From contig JAKFCT010000038.1 of the NCBI GenBank assembly GCA_036676495.1, positions 8,342 to 72,341 on the forward strand: a DNA stretch of 64,000 nucleotides. The letters run 5' to 3'. Every line of letters begins with the position of its first letter. Within the stretch, counting starts at the first letter, position 1. The translations under genes and the position numbers were made by a program. The notes beneath the pieces are model-generated. The model saw nothing but the letters and a program-made list of their open reading frames with translations. It had not been told where the DNA came from and ran no database searches. This document shows positions 55,439 to 64,000 of this stretch, one piece after another. This DNA comes from Candidatus Sericytochromatia bacterium (GTDB lineage Bacteria; Cyanobacteriota; Sericytochromatia; S15B-MN24; UBA4093).

Positions 55439-57235
55439 CTAGAAGGTTCCTCCCACTCCCGCCGACAAGCCCTGCTGGATCTGCCGGCCCGAGGCATCGT
55501 AAAGCATTCCCAGGAAGCCCTGGTAGTAGAGGCCCGCGCTCAGCGTGCCGCTGCCCATCGGCATGATCTCGTATTCGACTCCGGCCTGGTAGCCGAGCCC
55601 CCCGCGCAGCCCCATCGCGGAGCCCGCGCTCAGGCTGTAGCTCTGGATGATCACGGGGTAAAGCTGAGCATCCACCGAGACCCGATACCGGGGGGCGGGA
55701 CGCAGGGCGAAGGTGCCCGCAGGCCCCAGCCCGAAGCTGAACTTGCTGGTGGTCTGGTAGGTCGTGCCCCCGCCGTTCACCATGCGAACCAGGGTTCCGA
55801 GCCCCGCTCCCGCTTCCCAGTTGGGGCCCTTCATCGGCAAGCGATAGTAGCCCTCGCCCCGCAGGGTGAGGTCGAGCAAGCTGGAGTTGTCGATGGCGAT
55901 GGGGCCGGCAGCCGAGACATGAGCCGAGCCTCCCCAATCCCCCAGCCAAAGCTGTCCCCCGGCCCCGAGGCTGCCGATGAAGCTGCCGCTCAGGTCCATG
56001 GATTCCCCCGGCTCGATCATGTCGGGGCTGGAGGGAAGCCCCTCCAGGTAGACCAGCATGAGGTTGTAGCCCGCGCGGTAACGGGTGTCCAGCAAGGACG
56101 TCGGCTTGGCCGGTTCCACGCTCGGGCGCGGCTCCGGCGTGGGCGTTCGGCCCGGTCGGGGGGTCGGCCTGCGCGTCGGCTCCGGAGTCGGAGTCGGAGT
56201 CGGTTTCGGGGCCGGAGTGGCGGTCGGTGCGGGAGTCGGCGCAGGCGTGGGCGTCGCGGCCGGCGTGGGGACCGGCGTCGGGCTCGCCACGACCAGCGGC
56301 GGCGTCGCCGAAGGAGCCGGCGTGGGAACGGCCGACGCGACCGGCTTGGGAGTCGGTAGCCATGCCGGCCAGCCGTCACCCGCATCCGCACTCGCCTTGG
56401 GGCTGGGAGTCGGAACCGGCGTCTTGACCGGAGCGGGAGTCTTGAGCGGAGTCGGCGTCGCCACCGGGGTCGGAGTCGCCACCGGGGTCGGGGTCCGCAC
56501 GGGCGCCGGAGTGCGAACGGGAACCGGAGTCGGAGCGGGGGTCCGCGCCGGAGCCGGCGTGGGATCCGGCGTGTCATCGACCAGATCCCGCATGGCGTCT
56601 TCCAGGTTCGGATCCAGGAGGGGCGCCGCTTTCACCAGCATGGCGAGCGCATCGAAGCGGGTCAGGGGATCGTTCGGGCGAAACGCGAGCCGACGCGGAT
56701 TGTCCAGGAACTGCCAGACGTTGGCCGCCCGGTGCAACAGTTGACCCGTCGTGCCTCCCATCGGCACGTCCGCGAAGCTCACCATGCCGCCCGCGCGCCG
56801 CGGCGGAGGGGGGGCCGACCGGTAACTCAGAAGCCTATCCAGGGATTCGACGAACTCCAGGCGCTTGACCCGCTGCATGCCCTCGAAGCGCCCACCGCCT
56901 CGTCCGGAGAGCAGGTTGAGGCTGGTCACCCGCGTGACCGCCTGCATGGCGGGATGGCCTGGCGGCACGTCCGGCCACGCGATGATGTTGAAGGGCATGT
57001 CCCGGGGATCCAGGAGGCCGTTGAGGACTTCCGCCGCGTCGTAACGGGTCAGCGGCAGGGTGCCTCCGTACTCGGAGGTGCTGGCAGCCGGGAGAATCCG
57101 GCGCTCGGAGAGCAGCTCGGCGGCACCGGCGAGCGGATGATTCCCCAGATCGGCGAACCGCGTCTCGGCGCCGGCGCTCATGCTCGGAAGGGCGATCGCC
57201 ACTCCCAGTAGAACGCCCCATCCCAACCGTCTCAT
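55439..57235 (-). CDS. S-layer homology domain protein with Pro/Thr linker and probable C-terminal outer-membrane beta-barrel
   Basis: Signal peptide; three SLH-like repeats (FADL..HP, WPDVPPGHPA, FADVP..FRPNDPLTR); (TP/AP)n linker; amphipathic beta-strands ending in terminal Phe (GVGGTF). Confidence 0.75.
   Translation of the reverse strand: MRRLGWGVLLGVAIALPSMSAGAETRFADLGNHPLAGAAELLSERRILPAASTSEYGGTLPLTRYDAAEVLNGLLDPRDMPFNIIAWPDVPPGHPAMQAVTRVTSLNLLSGRGGGRFEGMQRVKRLEFVESLDRLLSYRSAPPPPRRAGGMVSFADVPMGGTTGQLLHRAANVWQFLDNPRRLAFRPNDPLTRFDALAMLVKAAPLLDPNLEDAMRDLVDDTPDPTPAPARTPAPTPVPVRTPAPVRTPTPVATPTPVATPTPLKTPAPVKTPVPTPSPKASADAGDGWPAWLPTPKPVASAVPTPAPSATPPLVVASPTPVPTPAATPTPAPTPAPTATPAPKPTPTPTPEPTRRPTPRPGRTPTPEPRPSVEPAKPTSLLDTRYRAGYNLMLVYLEGLPSSPDMIEPGESMDLSGSFIGSLGAGGQLWLGDWGGSAHVSAAGPIAIDNSSLLDLTLRGEGYYRLPMKGPNWEAGAGLGTLVRMVNGGGTTYQTTSKFSFGLGPAGTFALRPAPRYRVSVDAQLYPVIIQSYSLSAGSAMGLRGGLGYQAGVEYEIMPMGSGTLSAGLYYQGFLGMLYDASGRQIQQGLSAGVGGTF
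56130..56575 (-). repeat. Low-complexity Pro/Thr/Ala coding repeats inside the SLH gene
   Basis: Imperfect 6- and 18-nt units such as GGAGTC x3 and GTCGCCACCGGGGTCGG x2, encoding PTPTP and VATPTP. Confidence 0.7.
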
Positions 57236-57263
57236 CCCCGTACTCCTTGTCCTCTTGTCCCCC

Positions 57264-57605
57264 CTACGCGAGCACCAGCTTGTTCCCAGGGACGAGGTCA
57301 TACCTGGAAATGGTTCCCACCGGCAACTCGAGCACCTGATAGGCCCCCTTGACCACCGGCGACAGGCGCCACGGCTTGAGTTCCGGGATCACCCTCACGA
57401 TCTCCATGGCCTTGGATAAGAATACCACGTCGATGGCGTAGCTCATCCCCAGCATGTGGACCGAGTTGCACGGCCGGATCAAGAGGCCGTGGCCCTCCGG
57501 CAGCTCCGTGGTCCCCAAGAGGCCCTTGGCACGGGTGAAGAAGTTATCCGCCATGCGCAAGTCCCGCACGACGACCTGATGATCCGAAAGGCGCTCGATC
57601 CGCAT
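57264..57605 (-). CDS. DUF192 family protein
   Basis: ADNFFTRAKGLLG, GLLIRPCNSVHMLGM..IDVVFL, VLELPVG. Confidence 0.88.
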   Translation of the reverse strand: MRIERLSDHQVVVRDLRMADNFFTRAKGLLGTTELPEGHGLLIRPCNSVHMLGMSYAIDVVFLSKAMEIVRVIPELKPWRLSPVVKGAYQVLELPVGTISRYDLVPGNKLVLA

Positions 57606-57636
57606 GGCTGACTCGCTCTCGTCCTTCCTGCCGGCG

Positions 57637-58536
57637 CTACTTGCCGAACATCAGCCCGATTGCCAACGGGCCGAAGATGATGATGAAGATGCACGGAAAG
57701 ATGAAGACCACCGTCGGGAACAGCAGCTTCAACGTCGCTTTCTGCGCCATCTCCTGAGCTTTTTGCCAGCGGGCCTCCCGCAGCATCTCGCTTTGCGTGC
57801 GCAGGGTCTTGGCGATACTCGTGCCCATGCTCTCGGCCTGGACCATGGCGATCGCCACCGAATTCAGCTCCTTGAGGCCCACCCGCTTGCCGAGATCCCG
57901 CAACGCCTCGTTGCGCGGGCGGCCCAGGCCGATTTCTTGAAGCGTGCGCGAGAGTTCCTCGCGAATCGGGTGCGGCTTGGTCAGCTCGACCACCTTCTGC
58001 ATGGCCGCCTGCAGCGAGAGGCCAGCCTCCACGCAGGTGGTCAGGAGATCCAGCGTCGTCGGCAGCATGCGCAAGATCGCCACCTGCCGCAGCTCCGTCT
58101 CCGTCTTGAGCCGGCTGGTCGGAAGGATATAGCCCAGGTAAACGGCCACGGCCGTCCCGGCGAGCACGGTCGGGCCCGCCAGCCCCAGGCCCATCCAGTT
58201 CACGAAGACCCAGAACACCGGCAGGATGACCGCCCAGATGATCTGGCGGCTGAAGAGCTGTGCGGGGCTGAGGTCGTAATGCCCCGCCGCCTGGAGGCGC
58301 CGCAGCATGGCCATTTCGCGCTCGGCGGTCAATCGCTTGACGGCATACGGCTTGAGCCGGGCTTCGAGCTTGCCGAAGAGGGTCTTCGGAGCCTCCGGCT
58401 CGGGAGCCTGGCGCCCGCGCGTCCGGACGTTCTTCTTGAGGCGCGCCTCGACTTGCCCGCGGCCCTTGGGCTTGGCGAAGGCCAGGACCCCGATGGTCAC
58501 GGCGGCGAGCAGGAGCAAAAAGACTAGAAAGAGCAT
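57637..58536 (-). CDS. tadC: Tad pilus platform protein TadC (T2SS F family)
   Basis: LPTTLDLL..CVEAGLSL, GTSIAKTLR, KLLFPTVVFIFP; ATG at 58536. Confidence 0.9.
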   Translation of the reverse strand: MLFLVFLLLLAAVTIGVLAFAKPKGRGQVEARLKKNVRTRGRQAPEPEAPKTLFGKLEARLKPYAVKRLTAEREMAMLRRLQAAGHYDLSPAQLFSRQIIWAVILPVFWVFVNWMGLGLAGPTVLAGTAVAVYLGYILPTSRLKTETELRQVAILRMLPTTLDLLTTCVEAGLSLQAAMQKVVELTKPHPIREELSRTLQEIGLGRPRNEALRDLGKRVGLKELNSVAIAMVQAESMGTSIAKTLRTQSEMLREARWQKAQEMAQKATLKLLFPTVVFIFPCIFIIIFGPLAIGLMFGK

Positions 58537-58543
58537 CTCGGCC

Positions 58544-59410
58544 TCAAACGTCGATCGTGACGATCCGCTTGATGAACAAGCCACCGATCGTCAGCAGCAC
58601 CGCCACCAGCGCAATCAAAGCCCAGCCCATCGGATGGGTGAACATCAGACCCATGCGCTCGGGAACGATGAGATAGAGCGCCACGTAGAGCCCCAGGGGC
58701 AGAATGGACATGACCAGGCCGCTCATCCGGCCCTGGGTGGTGAGCGCGCGAATCTGCCCGTGGATCTTCTTGCGCTCGCGCATCGTCCCGGCCAGGTTCT
58801 CGAGGATCTCGGCCAGGTTGCCGCCCGTCTGCCGCTGGATGATGACCGCCGAGGCGAAGATATCCAGGTCGTCGTCCTGGATCCGCGCGGCCCAGTTCCG
58901 CATCGCCTGATCCATCGCCACGCCCATCCTCAGCTCCTGGGCCACCTCGCCCACCTCGCTCGCCATGGGGTCCTGGAACTCCTCGATGACCAGCTCCAGG
59001 GCCTGCTGCACCGAGTGGCCCGCCTTCACGGCGTTGGCGATCACCCCCACCATGTCGGGAAGTTGCTCGGCGAAGTTCTTCACGTAGCGCTGCCACAGGA
59101 CATCCAGGTAGCGCCCGAACCCCCACCAGGTGAGCCCCGCGAAGAGGCCGCCCAGGAAGAGCCGGCCCAAGACGCCGTCTCCGAGCAGCAGACCGAGGAT
59201 CCCCGCCCCGAGGGTGGAGACTTTTTGCATGCGCTCGAAGTTCTCGTTGGAGAACGGGTTGCGGGTGCGGCGCAGCTGATGATCGAGCTTGCCGCGGTAG
59301 TCCTCGAAGAAGTCCGCGAGGCGATCGCCGTACTGCTGGAGCAGCATGTACGCCACGATGAGCGCCGCCGCCCCGAAGAGCCCTCCGACCAGGATCAGCC
59401 TGAGATCCAT
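58544..59410 (-). CDS. tadB: Tad pilus platform protein TadB (T2SS F family)
   Basis: FAEQLPD..NAVKAGHS, IQRQTGGNLAEIL, RALTTQGRMSG. Confidence 0.92.
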   Translation of the reverse strand: MDLRLILVGGLFGAAALIVAYMLLQQYGDRLADFFEDYRGKLDHQLRRTRNPFSNENFERMQKVSTLGAGILGLLLGDGVLGRLFLGGLFAGLTWWGFGRYLDVLWQRYVKNFAEQLPDMVGVIANAVKAGHSVQQALELVIEEFQDPMASEVGEVAQELRMGVAMDQAMRNWAARIQDDDLDIFASAVIIQRQTGGNLAEILENLAGTMRERKKIHGQIRALTTQGRMSGLVMSILPLGLYVALYLIVPERMGLMFTHPMGWALIALVAVLLTIGGLFIKRIVTIDV

Positions 59411-61576
59411 CTAGCGAATCCCCCCGGGCCCGAACTTGAGGCCCACCCGCTCGAACTGCTCGGCCGCATGCGGCATCAGCCCGGTGTAGCGGAAGTCCCC
59501 GACCACCTTGCCCTCCTCGTCCACGGTCTTCTGATCGAAGGTGAAGAGGTCCTGCATGACGATCAGCTCGCTCTCCATGCCGATCACCTCGGAGATGCGG
59601 GTCACCTTGCGCGAGCCGTCCTTGAGGCGCGAGACCTGCACGATCAGGTTGATGGCCGCCGCGATCTGCTCGCGGATGGCGCGCATCGGGAGGTCCACTC
59701 CCGCCATCAGGACCATGGTCTCCAGGCGGGCCAGCGCATCGCGGGGCGAGTTGGCATGTCCCGTCGCCAGGCTCCCGTCATGGCCCGTGTTCATGGCCTG
59801 CAGCATGTCGAGCGCTTCGCCTCCGCGGACCTCACCCACGATGATCCGGTCGGGGCGCATGCGCAGGGAGTTGCGGACCAGGTCCCGGATATGAATCGCG
59901 CCCTGGCCCTCCAGGTTGGGAGGCCGGCTCTCCAGGCTGATCACGTGCTCCTGGTGGAGCTGGAGCTCGGCTGCGTCCTCGATGGTCACAATCCGCTCGT
60001 CGGGAGGGATGAAGCCCGACATGACGTTGAGCAAGGTGGTCTTGCCCGAGCCGGTGCCTCCCGAGATGAAGACGTTGAGCTTGGCCAGGACCGCGCAGCG
60101 CACGAAATGCGCCATCTCCTCGGTCAAGGCCCCGAAGCGCATCAGGTCGTCCACCGTCAGACGCCGCTCGGGGAACTTACGAATGGTCACTGTCGAGCCG
60201 ATCAGCGACAGGGGCGGGATGATCACGTTGACGCGGGAGCCGTCCGGCAAGCGCGCGTCGCACATCGGGCTCGACTCGTCGACCCGGCGGCCCAACGGCG
60301 CCACGATCCGGTCGATCACGACCCGCAGCTGCTTCTCGTCGGTGAAGGTATCCGGGATCAAGGTCAGCTTGCCGGCGCGCTCCACGTAGATCTTGGAGGG
60401 GCCGTTGACCATGATTTCAGTCACGGCCGGATCCGCGAGGTAACGCTCCAGGGGCCCCAGGCCCACCGCCTCGTTGGCGATGTCGGTGATCAGCGCCTCG
60501 CGCTCCGTGCGCGAGCTGATCGGCAGGTCGTCCATCGCTTCGAGGATGCCCGCCACCACGTCGACCACCTGCTCGCGGATCTCGCCCTTCCGGCGCGGAT
60601 CCATGAGCACCTCGAGGCTCATGTTGAAGCGCTTCAGCTCCTCGACCAGCTCCTTGTGGACTTCCCGCTTCAGTTCGGCGATCCGCTCGGCCTGCGCCGG
60701 CGTGTGGCGCATCGGCACCAGGGCCGTCACCGTGGTGGTCGGAGCCATGGGCGCCGGGGCCTGCGGCGGATGCCCCGCCGGGTTGGCGGGACTCGGGGCC
60801 GGGGCGGCCGGAGTGGCCAAGAGGCCGCGCAACGCGCCCCCCAGGTCCACCGGCGGCTGCGCCAAGGCCTTGGCCCCCAGCTGGGCGATCGCCGCCACCG
60901 CCGGATGCTGAGGCTGAGCGCTCGCCAGCGGCAAGCCGCGGTTCACCGAGGCCATCAGGGCCGGGTGGTACGGAATCTGCGCGACGATCGGCCGGCCGAG
61001 ATGCTCGGCGATGTCCTGGGTCGTCACGTCCTCCGTGACCCCCGTGCGGTTGACCAGGAGGTGAATCCGCTCCGGCGCCACCCGCAAGCTGCGGGCATGA
61101 TCGAGCCATGCCTTGGTCGCCCCCAGCGCGTTGACGTCGGGAGTCACCACCACGACCAGCGCGGACGCCAGGTCCAACAGGGCCCGCGCCGATTCCGAGG
61201 CGAGCGACGGAAAGGCCGTGTCGACCACGATCTGGTCATGCTCCTTGGCGAGCGCCGCGAACAAGCCCGCGAGCTCGCGCGGCGTGGGGGTGAAGGCCTC
61301 GGTGGCCGGCGGAGCCGCCAACAGGTCCAGGCCGGAGTCATGGGAGGCGATCGCCTCCACCAGCGGTTTCTCGCCCCGGATGACCTCTCCCCAGTGCCCC
61401 GGAGGCGGCTCCAGGTCCAGGTAGGAGGCGAGGCTTCCACCCGCCAGCCAGTCGAGATCCAGCAACAGCGGCGGCCGCTTGGCCTTGCGCGCCATCAGGA
61501 GCGCGAGGTTAGCCGCTACGATCGAGCGCCCTTGCCCTCCCTTGGCTGCAAAGCAAACGGTGATCCGCGAACTCAT
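59411..61576 (-). CDS. cpaF: Fused CpaE/TadZ-like MinD-type domain and CpaF/TadA pilus assembly ATPase
   Basis: N-terminal [34 protein letters not shown]; Pro/Ala linker; C-terminal [40 protein letters not shown]. Confidence 0.9.
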   Translation of the reverse strand: MSSRITVCFAAKGGQGRSIVAANLALLMARKAKRPPLLLDLDWLAGGSLASYLDLEPPPGHWGEVIRGEKPLVEAIASHDSGLDLLAAPPATEAFTPTPRELAGLFAALAKEHDQIVVDTAFPSLASESARALLDLASALVVVVTPDVNALGATKAWLDHARSLRVAPERIHLLVNRTGVTEDVTTQDIAEHLGRPIVAQIPYHPALMASVNRGLPLASAQPQHPAVAAIAQLGAKALAQPPVDLGGALRGLLATPAAPAPSPANPAGHPPQAPAPMAPTTTVTALVPMRHTPAQAERIAELKREVHKELVEELKRFNMSLEVLMDPRRKGEIREQVVDVVAGILEAMDDLPISSRTEREALITDIANEAVGLGPLERYLADPAVTEIMVNGPSKIYVERAGKLTLIPDTFTDEKQLRVVIDRIVAPLGRRVDESSPMCDARLPDGSRVNVIIPPLSLIGSTVTIRKFPERRLTVDDLMRFGALTEEMAHFVRCAVLAKLNVFISGGTGSGKTTLLNVMSGFIPPDERIVTIEDAAELQLHQEHVISLESRPPNLEGQGAIHIRDLVRNSLRMRPDRIIVGEVRGGEALDMLQAMNTGHDGSLATGHANSPRDALARLETMVLMAGVDLPMRAIREQIAAAINLIVQVSRLKDGSRKVTRISEVIGMESELIVMQDLFTFDQKTVDEEGKVVGDFRYTGLMPHAAEQFERVGLKFGPGGIR

Positions 61577-62613
61577 TTGGTTTCTTTGCCGTAGTTGGCC
61601 TCGGGCTGGGCCTGCCCATTGGTCACCAGGGTGGGCGTGAGGATGAAGACCAGCTCGTTACGCGACTTGGTCGTGCGGCGGGACTTGAAGAACTCCCCCA
61701 GGATCGGGATATCCCCCAGAAGCGGGAACTTGTCGATCTGCTCCACTTCCTGATCGTTGAGCAAGCCCGACATGACCATGGACTCGCCGCTGCGAACCTG
61801 CATGAAGGTCTCGGTCCAGCGGGTCCGGATGCCCGGGACGTTCAGGTCGCCCACCTTGACGCCCGCCGCCTGATCCAAGCTCGAGACCTCGGGCCGGACC
61901 TTGAGGACGATGTTGTCGATGCCCTCGACCGTCGGCGCCACGTCCAGCTTCACGCCGAACTCCTTCCAGAGGATGTTGACGTTGTTCTGGGTCACCAGGG
62001 GAATCGGGATCTCGCCGCCCGCCAGGAAGCTCGCGGAGGCTCCGTTGGTGGTGAGCAGGGTCGGCTGCGCCAGGATCCGCGCCTTCTGGTTCTGAAGAAG
62101 CAGGTTCACCTGCGCCTCGAAGAACGATTGACGCAGGGGCAGCCCCAGCCGGAACGGCATGTTGGGAGGCGCTTCCGAGAACTTCAAGGCATCGTTCCAG
62201 TCGACCCCCAGCTGGCCGAGGTCCGAGCGGGTCACGTCGAGCACCCGGATCCGGACGGCGACCGTCTCGGGGCGGCGGCTCGCCAGCACCTCGACGTTGT
62301 AGTTGAGCACGGGCGGCTGGAAGCCGTTGACCGGGGTCGGCCAGACCAGGATGTTCGTGAAGCCTGGGCTCTTGGCCTCCAGGAGGATCTCGCGGGTCGA
62401 AATGGCCTTGGCCTCGACGATCTTGCCGTCACCGACGGCAATCCGCGTCACGCCTCCCGGCACGTTGAAGATCGTCACCTGGCTCAGGCGCAAGATCACG
62501 TCCGGGGCGATCGCCTGGGCCGGCGCGGCCACCGTGCCCAGGAAGAGGGCGAACGCGACGAGCGCGAGGCTGAACGAGCGAAGGATCGACGGGAGGCTGC
62601 CGGGGCTAATCAC
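61573..62613 (-). CDS. cpaC: Tad secretin CpaC/RcpA (compact)
   Basis: Signal peptide, pilus-formation N-domain (RIAVGDGKI), secretin core ASFLAGGEIP, EFGVKL, KFPLLGDIPILGEFFKS, ELVFILTP. Confidence 0.88.
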   Translation of the reverse strand: MISPGSLPSILRSFSLALVAFALFLGTVAAPAQAIAPDVILRLSQVTIFNVPGGVTRIAVGDGKIVEAKAISTREILLEAKSPGFTNILVWPTPVNGFQPPVLNYNVEVLASRRPETVAVRIRVLDVTRSDLGQLGVDWNDALKFSEAPPNMPFRLGLPLRQSFFEAQVNLLLQNQKARILAQPTLLTTNGASASFLAGGEIPIPLVTQNNVNILWKEFGVKLDVAPTVEGIDNIVLKVRPEVSSLDQAAGVKVGDLNVPGIRTRWTETFMQVRSGESMVMSGLLNDQEVEQIDKFPLLGDIPILGEFFKSRRTTKSRNELVFILTPTLVTNGQAQPEANYGKETK

Positions 62614-62640
62614 GCTGAACTCCTTAAATCACCGCGGGGG

Positions 62641-63684
62641 CTAGTTTCCTGTCCCCAGGATGTGAACTTGCGGCAGCTGCGGTTGCGGCTTGGGCTGAAC
62701 GGGTTTCGGCTGAGGCTTCGGCTTGGGCTGGACGGGTCTCGGCTGAGGCCGTTGCACCGGCTTCGGCTGCTGGACGACGGGCTTCACCACCGGAGCCGCC
62801 TTGGGAATGGTTCCCAGCACGTAGCGCGCGAGATCCGCCTCGGCCACTTCCGGCGGGGTGACGGATTCGTCGCCGGGAGCCCGCAGGCTCATGCTCAGGT
62901 TGCCCTGCTGCTTGAGCGCGGCGAGCAAGGCCACCTTCTCGGCGGGCACCGCGAGGGTGACGAGTTCGCCGTAACGCGACGCGCTCGCCTCGGTCTCCCC
63001 ATCCTCATTCCGGGCCGCAGCCTGGTTGGAGAACTGGTTGCCGACCGACATGACGCGCGCCTTCTGGACCACCTTGGTGGAGAGATAGCCGCTGGGCGTC
63101 TGGATGGTGGCCGTCAGGTCCACCTTGTCGTCGGGCTTGACGAGGGCGATGTCGTTGGCGCCGTCGGGCACGAAGAGGAAGCCGCGCTCGTTGGGCTTGA
63201 GCTTGGGCGCCACGCCCGTGATTGCGCTCGCGGCGCTCAGGCGCTTGGCGTGAAGCACCTCGCCCTTCACGACGGGGGCCATGGTCACCTTCCCGATGAC
63301 GTCCTTCTCCTCGCTCAGCGCGCCTTCCGGCAAGAGGGCCTTGGGGAACTTCTTGAGTTCGACCATCGAATCGTCGATCTGGCGGCGGGCCGGGATATCC
63401 TCGGTCGGCACGTAGACCTCGACCTTGGTCCCCCCATCGAGGATGCCCTCGGAGAGATCCCCCAGGTAGGAGACGGCGATCAGGCTCGCGACGGCGGCGA
63501 TGCCCAGGGCGGTGAAAAGCAGCTTGCGATTGACGTCGAGGCCGCCGATGCCCGATTTAGCGGAGTCTTCCGCCGGGCGGCGCGATTTGCCACGCCCCTT
63601 CTTGGAAGCAGGGGCACGGCGCGGCTTGGCGGGGGCGTCCTCTCCGGACGTCCGCTCCCGCAGCTTGTTACGAAGGTTATCCAA
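62641..63684 (-). CDS. cpaB: Flp pilus assembly protein CpaB/RcpC
   Basis: TM anchor, SAF domain (DIPARRQI..VIGK..KGEVL), VKPDDKVDL, VTLAV, LSMSLR; TTG at 63684 after GAGGA. Confidence 0.88.
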   Translation of the reverse strand: MDNLRNKLRERTSGEDAPAKPRRAPASKKGRGKSRRPAEDSAKSGIGGLDVNRKLLFTALGIAAVASLIAVSYLGDLSEGILDGGTKVEVYVPTEDIPARRQIDDSMVELKKFPKALLPEGALSEEKDVIGKVTMAPVVKGEVLHAKRLSAASAITGVAPKLKPNERGFLFVPDGANDIALVKPDDKVDLTATIQTPSGYLSTKVVQKARVMSVGNQFSNQAAARNEDGETEASASRYGELVTLAVPAEKVALLAALKQQGNLSMSLRAPGDESVTPPEVAEADLARYVLGTIPKAAPVVKPVVQQPKPVQRPQPRPVQPKPKPQPKPVQPKPQPQLPQVHILGTGN

Positions 63685-63878
63685 GACGAATCCTCGACTG
63701 CGCTCGATCAACGCTCTGGGGAGTCCAGCGCCTGCGCGCTAGGCTACACGCCTATCTTACCCGCAGCAAGGGCGTCCGTCACAGGGGAGCGAAAGACGTA
63801 GCGAGGCGCGAGACCTGGGGTGTCCACCCGCGACGTGTGCCCATGATGCGTTCGGAAGGCCGGCCTGCGACTCCGGCC

Positions 63879-64000
63879 TTAGCGCCAGTCCATGGAGAGG
63901 CCGTTGTAGGGGAAGCGGGGCTTGTTCTCGGTGGTGTTGATCTGGAAGCTCGGGATGGGCGCGGTGAAGTCCTGCCACATCCGCGGGAACTCGGAGGTCG
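63879..64000 (-). CDS. 3' end of an unidentified CDS running off the window end
   Basis: Minus frame TSEFPRMWQDFTAPIPSFQINTTENKPRFPYNGLSMDWR-stop with strongly GC3-biased codons. Confidence 0.55.
   Translation of the reverse strand, partial: TSEFPRMWQDFTAPIPSFQINTTENKPRFPYNGLSMDWR

Noticed and set aside
56130-56575. Short direct repeats considered as a CRISPR array or VNTR
   Set aside because: Irregular codon-phased units encoding a Pro/Thr linker; no constant repeat with unique spacers and no cas genes.
58307-61594. 1095-aa plus-strand ORF
   Set aside because: Antisense shadow of tadB and the cpaE-cpaF fusion.
1-64000. Prophage, IS element, integrase, tRNA/rRNA or defence system
   Set aside because: No transposase, integrase, phage structural, cas or restriction motifs and no cloverleaf or rRNA-like sequence found by eye; nearly all the space is explained by coding genes.

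Overview
High-GC bacterial chromosomal window with no rRNA, tRNA, CRISPR array or mobile element that I can recognise. It is dominated by a ~31 kb minus-strand flagellar/chemotaxis cluster in Firmicutes-like order (flgBC-fliE-fliFGHIJ-[two inserted genes]-fliK-flgD-TIGR02530-flgE-FliK-like-FlhB-C-like-flbD-motAB-fliLMY-cheY-fliOPQR-flhBA-PilZ-cheRACD-fliA-cheW). Flanking it are housekeeping genes (rne, ruvCA, ruvB, ilvE, panC, cmk, phosphomannomutase), a small PadR/ATC-hydrolase/SDR module and a Tad pilus locus (cpaB, secretin, fused cpaE-cpaF, tadB, tadC) followed by DUF192, an SLH/beta-barrel protein and a DUF2993-like gene. Cyanobacterial-type markers (DUF3326, adjacent panC/cmk, RuvB and RNase E style) together with flagella and an outer-membrane secretin suggest a non-photosynthetic Cyanobacteriota relative such as Sericytochromatia; this is inference only. 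The best novelty candidates are a zinc-metallopeptidase plus small-partner pair inserted in the flagellar operon (possible flagellum-exported effector/immunity pair), a soluble truncated FlhA cytoplasmic-domain paralog, a CpaE-CpaF fusion, an unfused but overlapping panC/cmk, and a structured leader before flgE. All family assignments come from motif recognition by eye; no searches were run.
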